DNA of 20,000 bases from an uncultured virus (IMG/VR IMGVR_UViG_3300042349_000638). Taxonomy: Duplodnaviria > Heunggongvirae > Uroviricota > Caudoviricetes. Positions within the stretch are counted from its first letter, which is position 1. Every line of letters begins with the position of its first letter. A model generated the notes under the pieces. That model had not been told where the DNA came from, ran no database searches, and saw nothing but the letters and a program-made list of their open reading frames with translations. Positions 17,339-20,000 of the stretch are shown here, one piece after another. Made by a program: the position numbers and the translations under genes. Where the stretch lies: the IMG/VR virus record IMGVR_UViG_3300042349_000638; one strand, 5' to 3'.

Positions 17339-18400
17339 TCATAGAGCGTTACCTCTAGGCAAGACTTCCTCTGGGAACACAAAGTTCTCATGAGGTTGGT
17401 CTACTGGAGCCATCCAAGCACGAAGTCCTTCGTTGAGTAGAATGTTCTTTGTATAGAACGTTTCAAACTCAGGATCTTCTGCTGCTCGGATCTCCTGACT
17501 TACAAAGTCGTAAGCACGAAGATTAAGAGCCAGACCAATAATACCAATGCTACTAGTCCATAACCCCATGACAGGTACAAACAACATGAAAAAATGAAGC
17601 CAACGCTTATTACTAAAAGCAATGCCGAAAATCTGTGACCAAAAACGATTTGCTGTAACCATCGAATAGGTCTCTTCCTCTTGCGTAGGTTCAAATGCTT
17701 TGAAAGTGTTTGCTTGATCACTATCTTCAAATAAAGTGTTTTCTACAGTTGCTCCATGAATTGCACAGAGCAATGCTCCTCCCAGTATACCAGCAACTCC
17801 CATCATATGGAAGGGGTTGAGTGTCCAGTTATGGAAACCCTGAAGGAACAGAAGGAACCTGAAGATAGCAGCAACACCAAATGAAGGTGCAAAGAACCAA
17901 CTGGATTGTCCCAGTGGATACATCAAGAATACAGAAACGAATACTGCGATAGGACCAGAGAATGCGATTGCGTTATAAGGACGGATGCCTACAAGACGGG
18001 CAATCTCAAACTGACGCAGCATGAATCCAATCAAACTAAAGGCGCCGTGGAGTGCCACAAAAGTCCAGAGTCCCCCAAGTTGGAACCACCTGACGATATC
18101 CCCTTGAGCCTCAGGACCCCAGAGCAGAAGAAGAGAATGACCCATAGAATCTGCTGGAGTACTAACTGCCGCAGTAAGAAAGTTTGCACCCTCAAGATAG
18201 GAGGATACAATTCCATGAGTGTACCAACTCGTAACGAAAGTTGTCCCAGTAAGCCAACCACCAAGAGCAAGATAAGCTGTGGGAAAAAGAAGAAGTCCAG
18301 ACCAGCCAACAAAAACGAAACGGTCTCTTTTAAGCCAGTCATCGAGTACATCAAACCATCCTCGTTGTGAAATAGGTTGTGAAAGTGTTGAAGAAGTCAT
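17339..18400 (-). CDS. psbD: Photosystem II D2 protein (353 aa)
   Basis: [23 protein letters not shown]...[10 protein letters not shown]...[10 protein letters not shown]. The likely start is ATG 18400 (GGAGG SD directly upstream), not the track start at 18454. No intron. Confidence 0.98.
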   Translation of the reverse strand: MTSSTLSQPISQRGWFDVLDDWLKRDRFVFVGWSGLLLFPTAYLALGGWLTGTTFVTSWYTHGIVSSYLEGANFLTAAVSTPADSMGHSLLLLWGPEAQGDIVRWFQLGGLWTFVALHGAFSLIGFMLRQFEIARLVGIRPYNAIAFSGPIAVFVSVFLMYPLGQSSWFFAPSFGVAAIFRFLLFLQGFHNWTLNPFHMMGVAGILGGALLCAIHGATVENTLFEDSDQANTFKAFEPTQEEETYSMVTANRFWSQIFGIAFSNKRWLHFFMLFVPVMGLWTSSIGIIGLALNLRAYDFVSQEIRAAEDPEFETFYTKNILLNEGLRAWMAPVDQPHENFVFPEEVLPRGNAL

Positions 18401-18420
18401 AGCCTCCATTGTATTTCTCA

Positions 18421-18454
18421 TATTTATGTTAACATTCCTTAACAAAAGAGTCAA
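18421..18454 (-). promoter_or_regulatory. Composite psbD promoter: sigma70 TTGACT-17-TAACAT overlapping late ATAAATA
   Basis: Minus strand TTGACTcttttgttaaggaatgtTAACATAAATA. Confidence 0.65.
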
Positions 18455-18463
18455 TGAGTCTTT

Positions 18464-19252
18464 CTACTCAAAGAAATTATCAAGAGGGAAAAATGATGAG
18501 ATACGTCGTTGCGCCATATCAATATACTCTTGATGAATCTCAATTCCAAGATAATGACGTTTAAGATCAATACATGAAATAGCAGTCGTCCCACTGCCCA
18601 TAAAAGGATCTAAAACTACGTCACCAACGTAGGAATAGTATTTTACAATTTTATCGCTAAGTTCTTTTGGATATGGGGCAAGATGTTTGGATGCAGTTTC
18701 TGGGTTTATCTTCCAAACATTGGATCTCTCATATTCTTCCTTAACCAAAGAACTTTCCAATATATCCCCACCATATGATCTAACAACTTTATCAATTAAA
18801 AAGTCTGCTGGCTTTTGAAAGATAAAAATTGTTTCAGTTACAATATTTGGTTTATATGCAACAGGTTTGCGGTGCTGATAAAACCCACCATTACGATTAA
18901 TTGATGCCCCTTCTGGTTTCAACCAGACAATATCATCAATATACTTCCATCCCATAGACTCCATCAAGGAAAAAAAATGAAATGGAATAGCAAGTCTTTT
19001 ACTTTCATGTGATCGAGACTGTCTTGCCTCAATTACAGGAGACAAATTGACAGCACACATTCTTCCTGGTTTAGTAACTCTTAAAACTTCTTTAAAGACA
19101 TCAGAAAGAAACTGCAAATATTCACCATATGTTGGCCAAATAGAATATGATCTAGCATTATAATATGGAGGAGAAGTGCATGTCAGATGTACGCTTTCTT
19201 CCCCAAGAGTTTTTAAAATTTTAGAACAGTCGCCAAGAAGAATTTGATCCAT
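18464..19252 (-). CDS. Orphan DNA methyltransferase, N6_N4_Mtase family, beta class, probably N4-cytosine
   Basis: Catalytic motif IV TSPPY near the N-terminus; HLAPYP and SAM-binding motif I VLDPFMGSGTT...GIEI near the C-terminus. Confidence 0.92.
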   Translation of the reverse strand: MDQILLGDCSKILKTLGEESVHLTCTSPPYYNARSYSIWPTYGEYLQFLSDVFKEVLRVTKPGRMCAVNLSPVIEARQSRSHESKRLAIPFHFFSLMESMGWKYIDDIVWLKPEGASINRNGGFYQHRKPVAYKPNIVTETIFIFQKPADFLIDKVVRSYGGDILESSLVKEEYERSNVWKINPETASKHLAPYPKELSDKIVKYYSYVGDVVLDPFMGSGTTAISCIDLKRHYLGIEIHQEYIDMAQRRISSFFPLDNFFE

Positions 19253-19273
19253 TCAATACAACGAGAAGTAAAT

Positions 19274-19302
19274 ATTTTAACAATAATTAAAGTAAGTGTC
19301 AA
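19274..19302 (-). promoter_or_regulatory. Near-consensus sigma70 (early) promoter for the methyltransferase
   Basis: TTGACA (19302-19297), 17-nt spacer, TAAAAT (19279-19274), with TG-N extended -10. Confidence 0.8.
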
Positions 19303-19315
19303 ATTGTCTTATCCG

Positions 19316-19438
19316 TCATCCCCAATAAATTTGCCCAAGAGTGAATAAGACAAATACAAGGACTGTGAATACCATCATACCTACACCTGCCCAGATTACC
19401 CAGTTAGGTACAGGTTCGTGTTGATTATTATGAGACAT
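19316..19438 (-). CDS. 40-aa single-pass membrane protein
   Basis: Not in the track. MSHNNQHEPVPNWVIWAGVGMMVFTVLVFVLFTLGQIYWG: polar N-terminus plus a hydrophobic stretch of about 22 aa. Confidence 0.7.
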   Translation of the reverse strand: MSHNNQHEPVPNWVIWAGVGMMVFTVLVFVLFTLGQIYWG

Positions 19439-19464
19439 AAAAAAGAGGGTTGTTACACCCTCTT
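19439..19464 (-). terminator. Intrinsic terminator of psbA
   Basis: AAGAGGGT-GTAACA-ACCCTCTT running into a T tract on the minus strand. Confidence 0.8.
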
Positions 19465-19488
19465 ATTATATCAGTTATTCAGTTTTTA

Positions 19489-20000
<512 letters not shown>

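Noticed and set aside
18401..18454. N-terminal extension of D2 as in the ORF track (371 aa)
   Set aside because: The track start is the TTG of the -35 box; ATG 18400 has an SD and gives a normal D2 length.
14480..19252. HNH plus MTase as a restriction-modification system
   Set aside because: Separated by several unrelated genes and under different promoter classes; both gene types are common singly in cyanophages.

Overview
20 kb of a T4-like cyanomyovirus genome (Kyanoviridae-type, possibly freshwater), with all supported genes on the minus strand. Reading in the direction of transcription (right to left): 3' half of psbA, a 40-aa single-TM ORF, an orphan beta-class (SPPY) DNA methyltransferase, psbD, two small ORFs missing from the ORF track, a LOG-family protein, talC, petF, two hypotheticals and an HNH nuclease. 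A late structural block follows: three virion/baseplate-like proteins, a 117-aa ORF coupled to a 1595-aa highly repetitive protein, three paralogous genes sharing an Mtd_N-like N-terminus (one followed by a glycine-rich gp38-like adhesin), and a >=997-aa repeat-containing structural protein running off the left edge (also absent from the ORF track). Sigma70-type promoters precede the MTase, psbD and talC, and (A)TAAATA late promoters precede most structural genes. The most notable candidates are the modular Mtd_N fibre array with a perfect 64-bp repeat-bounded cassette, the MTase between psbA and psbD, a PsbJ-like micro-protein, an HLR1-like site over the psbD promoter, and the LOG-talC-petF cluster. 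All family calls come from motif recognition, not database searches.
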